A DNA stretch of 64,000 nucleotides from Macrostomum hystrix (GCA_950097015.1 CATNEN010000031.1:1178001-1242000); one strand, 5' to 3'. Counted from the stretch's first letter, positions 24,127 through 38,040 are shown. A program made the numbers and translations. Notes: a model not told the origin generated them from the letters alone.

Positions 24127-24677
24127 GCACAAGAACTCGGTCATGGACTGTGTTTCCAGCAGCAACTGTCACAAATATTTTTATATTATTCAAATCTGAA
24201 ATGCGCGAGGCTGAGCAGTCTGTAGATCAAAACAGGATTGCGTGATGTCGAGGAATTTCCGAATCAAAACGATTTTCAATACCCAATTAAAAGACTGTTT
24301 CAAAAATATACACGAAATGGCCGCGCTGCCTTGAAGTCAGTCTAATACAAGAGATATCAAGGTCAATCTTAAGGTCGCGAAAATCTAATTAATTCGCATT
24401 CGGTTTGAATTGAGTTCCGTGACGAGTGAGTGCGTTGTCTCAAACCGCCATTTGAAAGCGGTTTACTGTCCTGGAAATTCAGCTTCGCGAATAACGCTGC
24501 TGGAGAGCCCCAACTTATCAGAGCCTGCATCATCCTCGCCTATACTCTCGCGCACTGCTGCAGCATCTCTACAGAAGAGAGCCACCAATTGAGTAGCAAC
24601 TGAGTATAGCAACTGAGTATAGCAACTGAGTAGCACGGCAACGATTAATTATCTCAGGCTCTGGGTCGGACAACGGC

Positions 24678-25562
24678 TACGTCTATGACATCAGGTACGG
24701 CTACGTCTACGACATCAGCTACGGCTACGTCTACGACATCAGCTACGCTACGTCTATCACATCAGCTACGGCTACGTCTATGACATCAGGTACGGCTACG
24801 TCTACGACATCAGCTACGCTACGTCTATGACATCAGCTACGGCTACGTCTACGACATCAGCTACGCTACGTCTATGACATCAGCTACGCTACGTCTATGA
24901 CATCAGGTACGGCTACGTCTACGACATCAGCTACGCTACGTCTATGACATCAGCTACGCTACGTCTATCACATCAGCTACGCTACGTCTATCACATCAGC
25001 TACGCTACGTCTATCACATCAGCTACGGCTACGTCTATGACATCAGCTACGGCTACGTCTACGACATCAGCTACGCTACGTCTATCACATCAGCTACGGC
25101 TACGTCTATGACATCAGGTACGGCTACGTCTACGACATCAGCTACGCTACGTCTACGACATCAGCTACGCTACGTCTATCACATCAGCTACGGCTACGTC
25201 TACGACATCAGCTACGGCTACGTCTATGACATCAGCTACGGCTACGTCTATGACATCAGCTACGGCTACGTCTATGACATCAGCTACGGCTACGTCTATG
25301 ACATCAGCTACGGCTACATCTACGACATCAGCTACGGCTACGTCTATGACATCAGCTACGGCTACGTCTATGACATCAGCTACGGCTACATCTACGACAT
25401 CAGCTACGGCTACGTCTATGACATCAGCTACGGCTACGTCTATGACATCAGCTACGGCTACATCTACGACATCATCTACGGCTACGTCTATGACATCAGC
25501 TACGGCTACGTCTATGACATCAGCTACGGCTACGTCTATGACATCAGCTACGGCTACGTCTA
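24678..25562. repeat. 23/24-bp minisatellite (GGCTACGTCTATGACATCAGCTAC)n
   Basis: Direct tandem repetition, with 1-bp deletion variants in the 5' half. Confidence 0.95.
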
Positions 25563-25919
25563 CAAAATTAGCGAAGAATAAACGAAAAAAATAAAACACT
25601 GATCGTTTCCTGATATTGCAGCTCACAGCACAACTGCCTGGACAGAGGAACAAAATAGGATAGAAACGGTTTTAAAATAATTTTTACACCCACCTTTTGT
25701 TTGAGATTCAATTGCAGCCATTTGCAACACAAGCAAGAAAACAAGAGAGAGTAAGAACACCAATTTTTACTTAAACTAAATATAGACTAAGTTGACGATA
25801 TTTTTAATCCATAATTGCATGAAGCAAGCTTTTTAATTAAAATTTTAAAACAATGGATGCTGCAGTTATAGTCAGTATACTATTAAGAGTTTTTTCTTTA
25901 TCACAGAAGGTGACGAAGC

Positions 25920-28900
25920 CAGAATCATAGATAGAATCGCAACAGGAATCGTAAGCAAAATTGTAGCAGGAATCGTACATAATTTTGCTGCGAAAATCAT
26001 AGATAGAATCCCAGCAGTAATCTAAGATAGAATCGCGCAGGAATCGTCGATAGAATCACAGCAGTAATCGTAAAAAGAATTGCTGCAGGAATCGTAGATA
26101 GAATCGCAGCAGAACTAGTGGATAGAATCGCAACAGAACTAGTAGATAGAATCGCAGCAGAACTAGTAGATAGAATCGCAACAGAACTAGTAGATAGAAT
26201 CGCAGCAGAACTAATAGATAGAATCGCAGCAGAACTAGTAGATAGAATCGCAGCAGAACTAGTAGATAGAATCGCAGCAGAACTAGTAGATAGAATCGCA
26301 GCAGAACTAATAGATAGAATCGCAGCAGAACTAATAGATAGAATCGCAACAGAACTAGTAGATAGAATCGCAACAGAACTAGTAGATAGAATCGCAGCAG
26401 AACTAGTAGATAGAATCGCAACAGAACTAGTAGATAGAATCGCAGCAGAACTAATAGATAGAATCGCAGCAGAACTAGTAGATAGAATCGCAGCAGAACT
26501 AGTAGATAGAATCGCAGCAGAACTAGTAGATAGAATCGCAGCAGAACTAATAGATAGAATCGCAGCAGAACTAATAGATAGAATCGCAACAGAACTAGTA
26601 GATAGAATCGCAGCAGAACTAGTAGATAGAATCGCAGCAGAACTAGTAGATAGAATCGCAGCAGAACTAATAGATAGAATCGCAGCAGAACTAGTAGATA
26701 GAATCGCAGCAGAACTAGTAGATAGAATCGCAGCAGAACTAGTAGATAGAATCGCAACAGAACTAGTAGATAGAATCGCAGCAGAACTAGTAGATAGAAT
26801 CGCAGCAGAACTAATAGATAGAATCGCAGCAGGAATCTTAGGTAGAATCGCAGCAGGAATCGTAGATAGAATCGCAACAGAACTAGTAGATAGAATCGCA
26901 ACAGAACTAGTAGATAGAATCGCAACAGAACTAGTAGATAGAATCGCAACAGAACTAATAGATAGAATCGCAGCAGAACTAGTAGATAGAATCGCAGCAG
27001 AACTAGTAGATAGAATCGCAGCAGAACTAGTAGATAGAATCGCAACAGAACTAGTAGATAGAATCGCAACAGAACTAGTAGATAGAATCGCAGCAGAACT
27101 AGTAGATAGAATCGCAGCAGAACTAGTAGATAGAATCGCAGCAGAACTAGTAGATAGAATCGCAACAGAACTAGTAGATAGAATCGCAACAGAACTAGTA
27201 GATGGAATCGCAACAGAACTAGTAGATAGAATCGCAGCAGAACTAGTAGATAGAATCGCAACAGAACTAGTAGATAGAATCGCAGCAGAACTAGTAGATA
27301 GAATCGCAGCAGAACTAGTAGATAGAATCGCAGCAGAACTAGTAGATAGAATCGCAACAGAACTAGTAGATAGAATCGCAACAGAACTAGTAGATAGAAT
27401 CGCAACAGAACTAGTAGATAGAATCGCAGCAGAACTAGTAGATAGAATCGCAACAGAACTAATAGATAGAATCGCAGCAGAACTAGTAGATAGAATCGCA
27501 ACAGAACTAGTAGATAGAATCGCAGCAGAACTAGTAGATAGAATCGCAGCAGAACTAGTAGATAGAATCGCAGCAGAACTAGTAGATAGAATCGCAACAG
27601 AACTAGTAGATAGAATCGCAACAGAACTAGTAGATAGAATCGCAGCAGAACTAGTAGATAGAATCGCAACAGAACTAATAGATAGAATCGCAGCAGAACT
27701 AGTAGATAGAATCGCAGCAGAACTAGTAGATAGAATCGCAACAGAACTAGTAGATAGAATCGCAGCAGAACTAGTAGATAGAATCGCAGCAGAACTAGTA
27801 GATAGAATCGCAGCAGAACTAATAGATAGAATCGCAGCAGAACTAGTAGATAGAATCGCAGCAGGACTAGTAGATAGAATCGCAACAGAACTAGTAGATA
27901 GAATCGCAACAGAACTAATAGATAGAATCGCAACATAACTAGTAGATAGAATCGCAGCAGAACTAGTAGATAGAATCGCAACAGAACTAGTAGATAGAAT
28001 CGCAGCAGGACTAGTAGATAGAATCGCAGCAGAACTAGTAGATAGAATCGCAACAGAACTAGTAGATAGAATCGCAACAGAACTAGTAGATAGAATCGCA
28101 ACAGAACTAGTAGATAGAATCGCAACAGAACTAGTAGATAGAATCGCAACAGAACTAGTAGATAGAATCGCAACAGAACTAGTAGATAGAATCGCAACAG
28201 AACTAGTAGATAGAATCGCAGCAGAACTAGTAGATAGAATCGCAACAGAACTAGTAGATAGAATCGCAGCAGAACTAGTAGATAGAATCGCAACAGAACT
28301 AGTAGATAGAATCGCAGCAGAACTAGTAGATAGAATCGCAACAGAACTAGTAGATAGAATCGCAACAGAACTAGTAGATAGAATCGCAACAGAACTAGTA
28401 GATAGAATCGCAGCAGAACTAGTAGATAGAATCGCAGCAGAACTAGTAGATAGAATCGCAGCAGAACTAGTAGATAGAATCGCAACAGAACTAGTAGATA
28501 GAATCGCAGCAGAACTAGTAGATAGAATCGCAACAGAACTAGTAGATAGAATCGCAGCAGAACTAGTAGATAGAATCGCAACAGAACTAGTAGATAGAAT
28601 CGCAACAGAACTAGTAGATAGAATCGCAGCAGGAATCGTAGATAGAATCGCAACAGAACTAGTAGATAGAATCGCAACAGAACTAGTAGATAGAATCGCA
28701 ACAGAACTAGTAGATAGAATCGCAGCAGAACTAGTAGATAGAATCGCAGCAGAACTAGTAGATAGAATCGCAACAGAACTAGTAGATAGAATCGCAACAG
28801 AACTAGTAGAAAGAATCGCAACAGAACTAGTAGATAGAATCGCAGCAGGAATCTTAGGTAGAATCGCAGCAGGAATCGTAGATAGAATCGCAACAGAACT

Positions 28901-29750
28901 AGTAGATAGAATCGCAGCAGAACTAGTAGATAGAATCGCAACAGAACTAGTAGATAGAATCGCAGCAGAACTAGTAGATGGAATCGCAGCAGAACTAGTA
29001 GATAGAATCGCAACAGAACTAGTAGATAGAATCGCAGCAGAACTAGTAGATGGAATCGCAGCAGAACTAGTAGATAGAATCGCAACAGAACTAGTAGATG
29101 GAATCGCAGCAGAACTAGTAGATAGAATCGCAGCAGAACTAGTAGATAGAATCGCAGCAGAACTAATAGATAGAATCGCAGCAGGAATCTTAGGTAGAAT
29201 CGCAGCAGGAATCGTAGATAGAATCGCAACAGAACTAGTAGATAGAATCGCAACAGAACTAGTAGATAGAATCGCAGCAGAACTAGTAGATGGAATCGCA
29301 GCAGAACTAGTAGATAGAATCGCAACAGAACTAGTAGATAGAATCGCAGCAGAACTAGTAGATGGAATCGCAGCAGAACTAGTAGATAGAATCGCAACAG
29401 AACTAGTAGATGGAATCGCAGCAGAACTAGTAGATAGAATCGCAGCAGAACTAATAGATAGAATCGCAGCAGAACTATAGTAGATGGAATCGCAACAGAA
29501 CTAGTAGATGGAATCGCAGCAGAACTAGTAGATAGAATCGCAGCAGAACTAATAGATAGAATCGCAACAGAACTAGTAGATAGAATCGCAGGGCGAATCG
29601 TCGGTAGAATCGCAGCAGAACTAGTAGATAGAATCGCAGCAGAACTAGTAGATAGAATCGCAGGGCGAATCGTCGGTAGAATCGCAGCAGAACTAGTAGA
29701 TACTCGTAGAATCGCAGGGCGGCGAATCGTCGGTAGAATCGCAGCAGTAT
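25920..29750. repeat. 24-bp minisatellite (GATAGAATCGCAGCAGAACTAGTA)n, ~155 copies
   Basis: Direct tandem repetition with degenerate flanks. Confidence 0.97.
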
Positions 29751-30604
29751 TCGCTAGCTTATTTCCTGCTGCTTTTAGGTCTCGCAGTCATGTCACAAAA
29801 GCAATACAGTAGAATGCCGCCCAAACCAATATTACGGCATGATGAAGGGCAGGGACATGTGAAGCTATTAAGCCACAAAACATCATATTGTAGTAGTAGT
29901 AGTAGTAACCTTAACGAGTGAAAACGAGTGAAGACTTAAAAAAATAAAAGCGGAGAACGTTAATTGTTCTGCATGGCAACAAGGGCTAGGTTGAGAGCTA
30001 GGCAGATTGAGTCAGCTGCATGGAACCGCACTAATTATAGAATTGCGCTCCTAAGTAGAGCTAACATTATTGTGATCGCGTCAGTCTCGGATATTGAAGC
30101 ATGTTCCCAGAATCTGCAACAGACTGAGTGGGTGGTAGAGAGGCTTATCTGGTCTGACAGGCTGGTGGCTTGAATAACATCCCATTCACGCAGAGAAGAC
30201 ATGACAAATTTCATCCCACTCGATTTTAATATTATGACTAGGACACTACCTAGCAACTATAGACTGCATTAGTGGCAGTGGACCCCGCATCAGTTGCCTG
30301 TACAAGAGCTGCAAGGTCACGTGCGCTTTACTTTACTTTTTGTTTATCAGCTAAGGTGTCAGGTAAAAGTGCAAGTTCTGCGTTTTTCCTCGCCTGGATA
30401 TTTACTATTTCTAATTATAATACCTAAATTTATTATAATGCTTATTTTTTACTTGCTTTATTAACTTGAGGGAATTAAAAAACGTCAGTTTCATCTTTGC
30501 TTTATAGAAGACTTTTTTAACAACCTGAATAGCAACTTCGCTAGTTACTATTCTCTCTCATCATTGTTCCTGTGAGTCCATTCAGTACAGAACAGGACTA
30601 CACT

Positions 30605-31268
30605 CGGCTAGACTCAAAGCCACTCCCAAACTAGGCTCTAAGTCAGTCGCAAATTCAAAGTCAGTCTCAAGCAAGACTCAAGGTTACACTCAAACTAGAC
30701 TCAAAGTTACACTCAAACTAGGCTCAAAGTCACTTTCAAACTAGACTCCAAGTCACTCTCAAACTAGACTCAAAGCCACTCCCAAACTAGACTCAAAAGT
30801 CACTCTCAAACAAGACTCAAAATCAGTCTCAAACTAGACTCAAGGTTACACTCAAACTAGACTCAAATTTACACTCAAACTAGGCTCAAAGTCACTTTCA
30901 AACTAGACTCAAAAGTCACTCTCAAACAAGACTCAAAATCAGTCTCAAACTAGACTCAAAGTCAGTCTCAAACTAGACTCAAAGTCAGTCTCAAATTAGA
31001 CGTAAAGTCAGTCTCAAACTAGACTCAAAGTTAGTCTCAAACTAGACTCAAGGTTACACTCAAACTAGACTCAAAGTTAGTCTCAAACTAGACTCAAAGT
31101 CAGTCTCAAATTAGACGTAAAGTCAGTCTCAAACTAGACTCAAAGTTAGTCTCAAACTAGACTTAAAGTAACTCTCAAACTAGACTTAAAGTCAGTCTCA
31201 AACTAGACTTAAAGTAACCCTCAAACTAGACTCAAAGTTAGTCTCAAACTAGACTCAAAGTCAGTCTA
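30605..31268. repeat. 23-bp minisatellite (AAACTAGACTCAAAGTCAGTCTC)n
   Basis: Direct tandem repetition with variants. Confidence 0.93.
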
Positions 31269-32094
31269 GTTGTGTCAGTAGTCAATAGCAGCTTAATGAT
31301 TCAAATGTAAACAAAACAATAAAAACAATTAATAAGGCTTATGAATAGGGTACATTTTATATTTGGATACAACTTTTTTCTCACAAAAACAATACTCCAC
31401 TTTGTTTATGAACTTTACTTCATAGAAAGGAGCATTTGCCGCCTTTTCTTATTCTGCCACTGTTTCCATGCGTTGCGAGAACGCAATGGAAAAGCTATTC
31501 TGACTCGACTTCAAAAGAATCGCGAACCAAAGCGTGATTTGGTCTTGCGTCACATTTTCTGCCCACAGAAGCAGAAGCTTTCTTTATAAATATTCCCTAA
31601 AAAGTTAAGTCCGCTAGGCTCTGCAGATCACGCAATTTTCAGCGATGCAATCCTTGGGGAAAATGAAATCCGTTAAAGTGCAAAGTCTCAGACTTAGTTT
31701 TAGCCGCACGTCAGCATCATCCGCTTCCCGACACACTTGAAGTTTTCAGAACAAAGACAGCACAATCAATAAGCGATTAAATTAGAGGTAAGCACTGAGT
31801 ACGAGAAACATGAAAGGGTGAAATTTCCTGCTGCGAGACTAAATGATTTTGTCCGGACCAATCACAGGTGGGCCGTCCCCCTGCCAAGATGAGAAAAATT
31901 ATCGATCGGCTGGCTTTTCGCTGATTATTTGATAAAATGACAGAAATGAAAGCTATAGTTTACGTTAAACTTGAAAGAACGAAATGGTTCAAAATGAAAT
32001 GTTTAGACATTTAAAACAAAATCCGAAAATATTGAAGCAAAAAAAGACATGAAAAACTAGTCGGATTCATATAATTTTAGAGCCACATTTCCTC

Positions 32095-32395
32095 TGCTTA
32101 CATTGCTTAATAATAATAAAAAATAACAATTTCAGGAGGGCAGCGGGCAATGGCACATCATTTGGTGACACTAGACCCGCAGCCAGCGAGGAGGCAATTC
32201 TGCCCATTTCGCTGACTCCTGAGCACACGCGCACACAGATAACATACACAGGCTCATACTCACACAGGTGTGTACATCTGCCCTGACAGGTGTGTACATA
32301 TGCCCTGACAGGTGTGTACGCCAGGCATTGTACACTTCACTGTGCCTAGTGGCCTCGCCGCGGAATCGAGCTCCGGGACCTTGGAGGCGCCCTCG
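32095..32395 (-). mobile_element. SINE family A copy with internal deletion
   Basis: Reverse complement carries both head (AAGGTCCCGGAGCTCGATTCCGCGGCGAGGCCAC) and tail (GGGTCTAGTGTCACCAAATGATGTGCCATTGCCCGCTGCCCTCCTG + TTATT). Confidence 0.85.
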
Positions 32396-32439
32396 TTAAC
32401 CGCTCTGCCACCGACCCCGTTTACATCGATCATTCTTTT

Positions 32440-32515
32440 AAGCTAAGAATGGGTTAAGCCGGAGTTGGGAATCGAACCCCCAACATTAAAGTCGTGAGCC
32501 CAAAGCTCTAATCAC
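32440..32515 (-). mobile_element. SINE family B tRNA-like head fragment
   Basis: Reverse complement GATTAGAGCTTTGGGCTCACGACTTTAATGTTGGGGGTTCGATTCCCAACTCC matches the head of 33976-34277 and 62904. Confidence 0.6.
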
Positions 32516-33242
32516 AAAATCTCATTTATTCCGAGTGAAATTTTTTAACTTTAATTTTTTTAGACCTATTGGATCTCCAATTAAAGTATGAATTTTTAAT
32601 TATTTTAGTTACAACATAAGCAAACGTCCTAAGCTTCAATTTTAAATATGAATCGGACAAATGAATTGCTCTGATTAACTGCTCCTGCCACCCCTATCTC
32701 ATCTCATGTCAGCCCAGTAGATGATTTTTCTGGCTTCCTACATGAGGATTAGAGTGAGGCTAGCTAGAAAGGGATTATACTTTTATTAGACAAACAGGCA
32801 GTCGGTGTCCGTGTTAGCTTTTGGAGAACGAAGACGTTTGATTTCTGTGACAAAACTGACGCAACACACCGCAATGTCATCAGGCAAGGACACAAGCGAC
32901 TGTGATTGGAATGGCCTAGATTTCCTACGAGCTGGCCCTTGAAATCTCCCAATCACGCAATCATTATTACCTTGGGAGCGGAATTAATCTGGATTCTCGG
33001 GGGATTCGCGTCCCCACGCCTCAAAAGTGCAAGTTGGAGCTTTGCCATAGAAGAGACGCATTGCATATAGTCTAGAAACGAGCGTATTATGCGAAGTGGC
33101 CATGACAGACGACGCAAGTAAACAATCAAGTAATTGGGTCCGCTGCCAAAGACTTTCGACAGACAGCCAAATAGAAAGTACTCGTACAATGTCCCTAGGA
33201 CCAAAAAAACTGACAAGAGAAAATGCTAATAGACTGTGTAGG

Positions 33243-33609
33243 GTCAGTGGCAGAGCGGTTCACGCGTTTGCCTCTCGCACCAAGGTCCCTGAGCTCGATT
33301 CCGCGGCGAGGCCACATTAAATTGGGGCGCAGACGCGGAGAGAAGGCTTGGGGGGCTTGTCATGTGCAATTTACGCCCTTAAGGGCCAACCTCCAAGGCA
33401 CCTCCAAGGAAGATAAAGTCAGGGCTGATGTACACACCTGTGTGAGTGTGTGCCTGCGTACAGTATCTGTGTGCGTGTGCGCTCAGGAGTCAGCGAAATG
33501 AGCAGAATTGCTTCCTCGCTGGCTGCGGGTCTAGTGTCACCAAATGATGTGCCATTGCCCACAGCCCTCCTGGAATTATTATTATTATTTTTATTATAGT
33601 TATTATTAT
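33243..33609 (+). mobile_element. SINE family A, full-length tRNA-derived SINE with TSD
   Basis: tRNA-like head with A-box-like TGGCAGAGCGG and B-box-like GCTCGATTCC, (TTA)n tail, and flanking direct repeat TAGACTGTGTAGG at 33230-33242 and 33610-33622. Confidence 0.9.
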
Positions 33610-33794
33610 TAGACTGTGTAGGCTAATAGTTTGTCTTCTATCTGAAATCTAATTTCTGCGAACATCAACTGCTGTTCGAAAAATTTCATTTCGCTGAAGA
33701 GACTAATGTTATAAATCAGGTTTCTTTTTAGTTCTGATTCGATGAAAGTTAAGATTGAGTTACTCAACTAAATTTAGCCCAAATCATAATTGCA

Positions 33795-33910
33795 CCTGCC
33801 TTTAGCCCAGTGCCTATTACAGCTGGGTGAACTAAAGCAATAGATAATTTGTTGCCTTGCTCAAGGACACCAATGTTCCCCCTGGGCTGAGATTCGAACT
33901 TCCGACATTT
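33795..33910 (-). mobile_element. SINE family B fragment (B box + CORE-like domain)
   Basis: Reverse complement GTTCGAATCTC...GTGTCCTTGAGCAAGGCAAC...TTGCTTTAGTTCACCCAGCTGTAATAGG. Confidence 0.7.
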
Positions 33911-33975
33911 CTTATAATATTCAGACATATTTCAGCGAATGCCATTCTGCCAAACTTACTGCAAAACTGCAAGCT

Positions 33976-34277
33976 ATAATAATAAAAATAATGTAATAAT
34001 TGATTACACCTGCCCCAATCGGACCAGATGTGCAGCCGACAGCACAGCCGCAGCTATTGTGCGGCGCATTTGAAGGCTGCGTACTGCTGTTCAGTCCATG
34101 GACTGGGGGGACGCCACACCCAATTAACCCAGCTAATTCTGGAACCCATTTAACAGCTGGGTGAACTGAAGCAATGCAGAGTTAAGTGTAAGTAAGGACA
34201 CAAATTGTTCCAGTGGAGTCGGGAGTCAGACTCCCGACCTTTAAGTCGTGAGTACGACACCCTAACCACTAGGCTAC
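33976..34277 (-). mobile_element. SINE family B, tRNA-derived CORE-like SINE
   Basis: Head GTAGCCTAGTGGTTAGGGTGTCGTACTCACGACTTAAGGTCGGGAG; central TGTCCTT...ACACTTAACTCTGCATTGCTTCAGTTCACCCAGCTGTTAAATGGG resembling the CORE consensus (TGACCTTGGGCAAGTCACTTAACC...CAGTTTCCTCATCTGTAAAATGGG); AT-rich tail. Confidence 0.8.
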
Positions 34278-36799
34278 AATCCCTCTCTACTTTACTGGGC
34301 TAAAAAATCTGATGCATATAAGAAATTTGATGCAAAAACAGCTGTCGATAATTGGAATAGTGCTTCAGAGGCAAGTTAAAATAAGTTCATTTCTAATGAT
34401 AGCCAGCACGATCGCCCACGCCTCCATCTTTGCCTGTCTTTACAAGTAGAAAAAAAATGCTTAGAAAAATCCTTCTCATTCTTTCTCTTTGTTAGTAAAA
34501 TTTAGTCGGGATTCTAAATTAAATCGATTGAAGCTTTATCAGGAAAGAGAAGCTGGACACGGGTGCGGAATCTCGTCTGTCGATTGCATGACATGCCAGA
34601 TTTTAGCACTAAGCTTTTACCCGTAGACCTAGCACTATCGGAACGGCCACACAATCGTGTCCGAAGATTCGACATGGGGATCTATCTGGCCTGATTCATT
34701 TTTCTGGCTCAAATGGGCAAATTAGTATTATTATATTGTCACTGGGAACTAGGCAGCTTGCCCTAGCAACACTAATTGCTGCTTTGAAGGAGGCAGAAAG
34801 GATAATTTGGGCGAAGGTCAGTATGAAATAGTAGGATAGTAGGGTATAGTAAGGCCAGTATTAATAGTAGAAATAGCGAAAAAGTGTACAATTTTTTACT
34901 CGTACTATTGCACAATACGGGAAATGTTGTACGAGTAAAATATGCCATTTTATAAGAAAAATATCCGATTCTGCGAGTTATAAATACGTTTCTGAGAGTA
35001 AAATGTACGATTATAAGGGTAAAATCTGCAGCTCATCGAAGACATCATGCCATTCTACGAGCGTAGAATTTGTACTTCTTTAAGTATAATCTGCCATTCT
35101 AAAAGTGCAATCTGCATTCTAGAAGTGCTATCTACAAAGTCAGAAAAGCTTCTACTTAATTCTTATTAGGACGCTGCATGGTATGTACTTTGCCTAAAAA
35201 ACACCCTCTCCAGCATAGATCTTTCTGTCGTCTTAATATCGAGATGATTTATTAAAAAAAATAGACATCAGTGGTCTATTCAACATAAGTGGAAACTTGA
35301 AGTCCTCTGACATCTTTGTTTGAGCTTCTTAGCGAGTAGGAAACAAGAGTTCATAGAAACCATTGCTATATACGCTCGTATAACTTCTCTCGATAGTTCT
35401 CAGAGTGTCCAAAAAGTGTGGGTACTTGTGAACCTTAAACATCGAGCTAGACTCATCTCGTAACATACACGCTCTACTAAAGAAACAATCTGTACAGCTG
35501 AAATGCGAAGAGATAGCAGACTAAAGCAGACTACCTTTTAAAACAAGAAAGGCAAGTAGATTAAATATTCTATCAAAAGCAAGAAAGGTGTTTTTTAACA
35601 CGCTTAATTGATATTAATTTTCGTAGCTAAAACTATAAATTAGAGGCCTTATACAAGAGGTCTTAAAGGGGGCTCGAAATTGCTAGTCCTACATACTAAA
35701 AGCAAAAATGAAGTTCTAACGTTTTCTGCACTCGCGGACCAATGATAATCACATTATTTTTCAGATCGTGTGAATTAATTACTAGATTTAATTATTTGAA
35801 TAATTTAAGTGCGTCAAACTAAAAATAGATGTCTGATTATTCTAGAGTGCTTTTTCCGGAATATTTCATCATAAGGATAATGAATGGTAGTTATGAAGTA
35901 GACAGGCCTTATTCCGGTCTCCTGCTGCAGCAGCTAGCTACTGCTCCGCTAAAGAAGTTAACAGTTACTCGAAAAATGTAACTTCACAGCCGTGCGTGAC
36001 TTATATTCACCAAGGCAGAAGGTGGCAAACTAAAAAAACCGCAAAAAACGAAGTAAAAACGCAAACAAAGAACTAATTTCTGGCGCCAGGAAATCAGTAC
36101 TGATCTGGATGTGAACAAACTGCCAATCAGTTACAAGGCACACTATATTAATCATGTATTATTTTTTTAATAATAATCTATCCGCCTCATTACGACTAAG
36201 ATAGACACGAACAAATAAAGCAATGAAAAAATGAAAATGACATGAAAGTCAAAATATGCTAAAAAAAGACTTTGATCAAAGTTTAACACAGGCCGAAATG
36301 GAGTCGGTATAAAATTGTGAAGCTTGCATCGGAAAGGTAATGAACAACCCACAGCGCTGTTGCAAACGGGCGAAGAGGCAGAAACGGAAAGAAGAAACTC
36401 AGAACGGAGCACAAATCGTAGCTTATTTAGTAGGGCTTATTACTCGACGAACAAAAGCCTTGTACAACTAGAACATTTAAACAATGAATGACTTACTAAG
36501 CATGAATTATTAAAGCTACGGAAAATGATGGCGATGCTAAAACCGTACACAAATTGTACAAGACACGCAAGTAATAATTGCCAATAGATTTGATAAAAAA
36601 TAAGTAAAAGCATGCACTTTATTGAATAAGCGGCAAAAAGTTGAAATTTCACTGAAAAATTGACATGTAGGCTTGCATAAGACGGCTTGTTGTTTGTAAT
36701 AAAATGTGCTTGACATGTTAAAAACTGTTTAAACCAAACCTTTCTATCACAGCTCATTATTTCGGCCGGTAAGTAAGTGTGCAGATAAAAGCACACTAA

Positions 36800-38040
36800 C
36801 TGAGCAATGGGAAGAGAGGGGAGAAGCATGAGCAATGGGAAGAGAAAGAGAAGCATGAGAAATGGGGAGAGAGGGGAGAAGCATGATAAATGGGAAGAGA
36901 GGGGAGAAGCATGAGAAATGGGGAGAGAGGGGAGAAGCATGAGAAATGGGGAGAGAGGGGAGAAGCATGAGAAATGGGGAGAGAGGGGAGAAGCATGAGA
37001 AATGGGGAGAGAGGGGAGAAGCATGAGAAATGGGGAGAGAGGGGAGAAGCATGAGAAATGGGGAGAGAGGGGAGAAGCATGAGAAATGGGGAGAGAGGGG
37101 AGAAGCATGAGCAATGGGAAGAGAGGGGAGAAGCATGAGCAATGGGAAGAGAGGGGAGAAGCATGAGAAATGGGGAGAGAGGGGAGAAGCATGAGAAATG
37201 GGGAGAGAGGGGAGAAGCATGAGAAATGGGGAGAGAGGGGAGAAGCATGAGAAATGGGGAGAGAGGGGAGAAGCATGAGAAATGGGGAGAGAGGGGAGAA
37301 GCATGAGCAATGGGAAGAGAGGGGAGAAGCATGAGCAATGGGAAGAGAGGGGAGAAGCATGATAAATGGGGAGAGAGGGGAGAAGCATGATAAATGGGAA
37401 GAGAGGGGAGAAGCATGAGAAATGGGGAGAGAGGGGAGAAGCATGAGAAATGGGGAGAGAGGGGAGAAGCATGAGAAATGGGGAGAGAGGGGAGAAGCAT
37501 GATAAATGGGGAGAGAGGGGAGAAGCATGATAAATGGGGAGAGAGGGGAGAAGCATGAGAAATGGGGAGAGAGGGGAGAAGCATGAGAAATGGGGAGAGA
37601 GGGGAGAAGCATGATAAATGGGAAGAGAGGGGAGAAGCATGATAAATGGGGAGAGAGGGGAGAAGCATGATAAATGGGGAGAGAGGGGAGAAGCATGAGA
37701 AATGGGAAGAGAGGGGAGAAGCATGATAAATGGGGAGAGAGGGGAGAAGCATGAGAAATGGGAAGAGAGGGGAGAAGCATGAGAAATGGGAAGAGAAAGA
37801 GAAGCATGAGAAATGGGGAGAGAGGGGAGAAGCATGAGAAATGGGAAGAGAGGGGAGAAGCATGAGAAATGGGGAGAGAGGGGAGAAGCATGAGAAATGG
37901 GGAGAGAGGGGAGAAGCATGAGAAATGGGGAGAGAGGGGAGAAGCATGAGAAATGGGGAGAGAGGGGAGAAGCATGATAAATGGGGAGAGAGGGGAGAAG
38001 CATGAGAAATGGGGAGAGAGGGGAGAAGCATGAGCAATGG
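36800..38040. repeat. 28-bp purine/G-rich minisatellite (GAGAAATGGGGAGAGAGGGGAGAAGCAT)n, ~44 copies
   Basis: Direct tandem repetition; source of ORFs 36440-38245. Confidence 0.96.

Noticed and set aside
23449-25653. Poly-VALT/KATV/RL and YDISYG ORFs
   Set aside because: Translations of 12- and 24-bp arrays; the 23480 ORF starts inside a SINE.
26056-29397. 1113-aa and 606-aa ORFs (LLVLLRFY / ELVDRIAA repeats)
   Set aside because: Read-through of a 24-bp satellite. The + frame is broken by a stop at ~27936 in mid-array, and there is no unique coding flank or convincing splice context.
32764-33216. Short minus-strand ORFs between the inverted SINEs
   Set aside because: No recognisable domain and no consistent exon chain.
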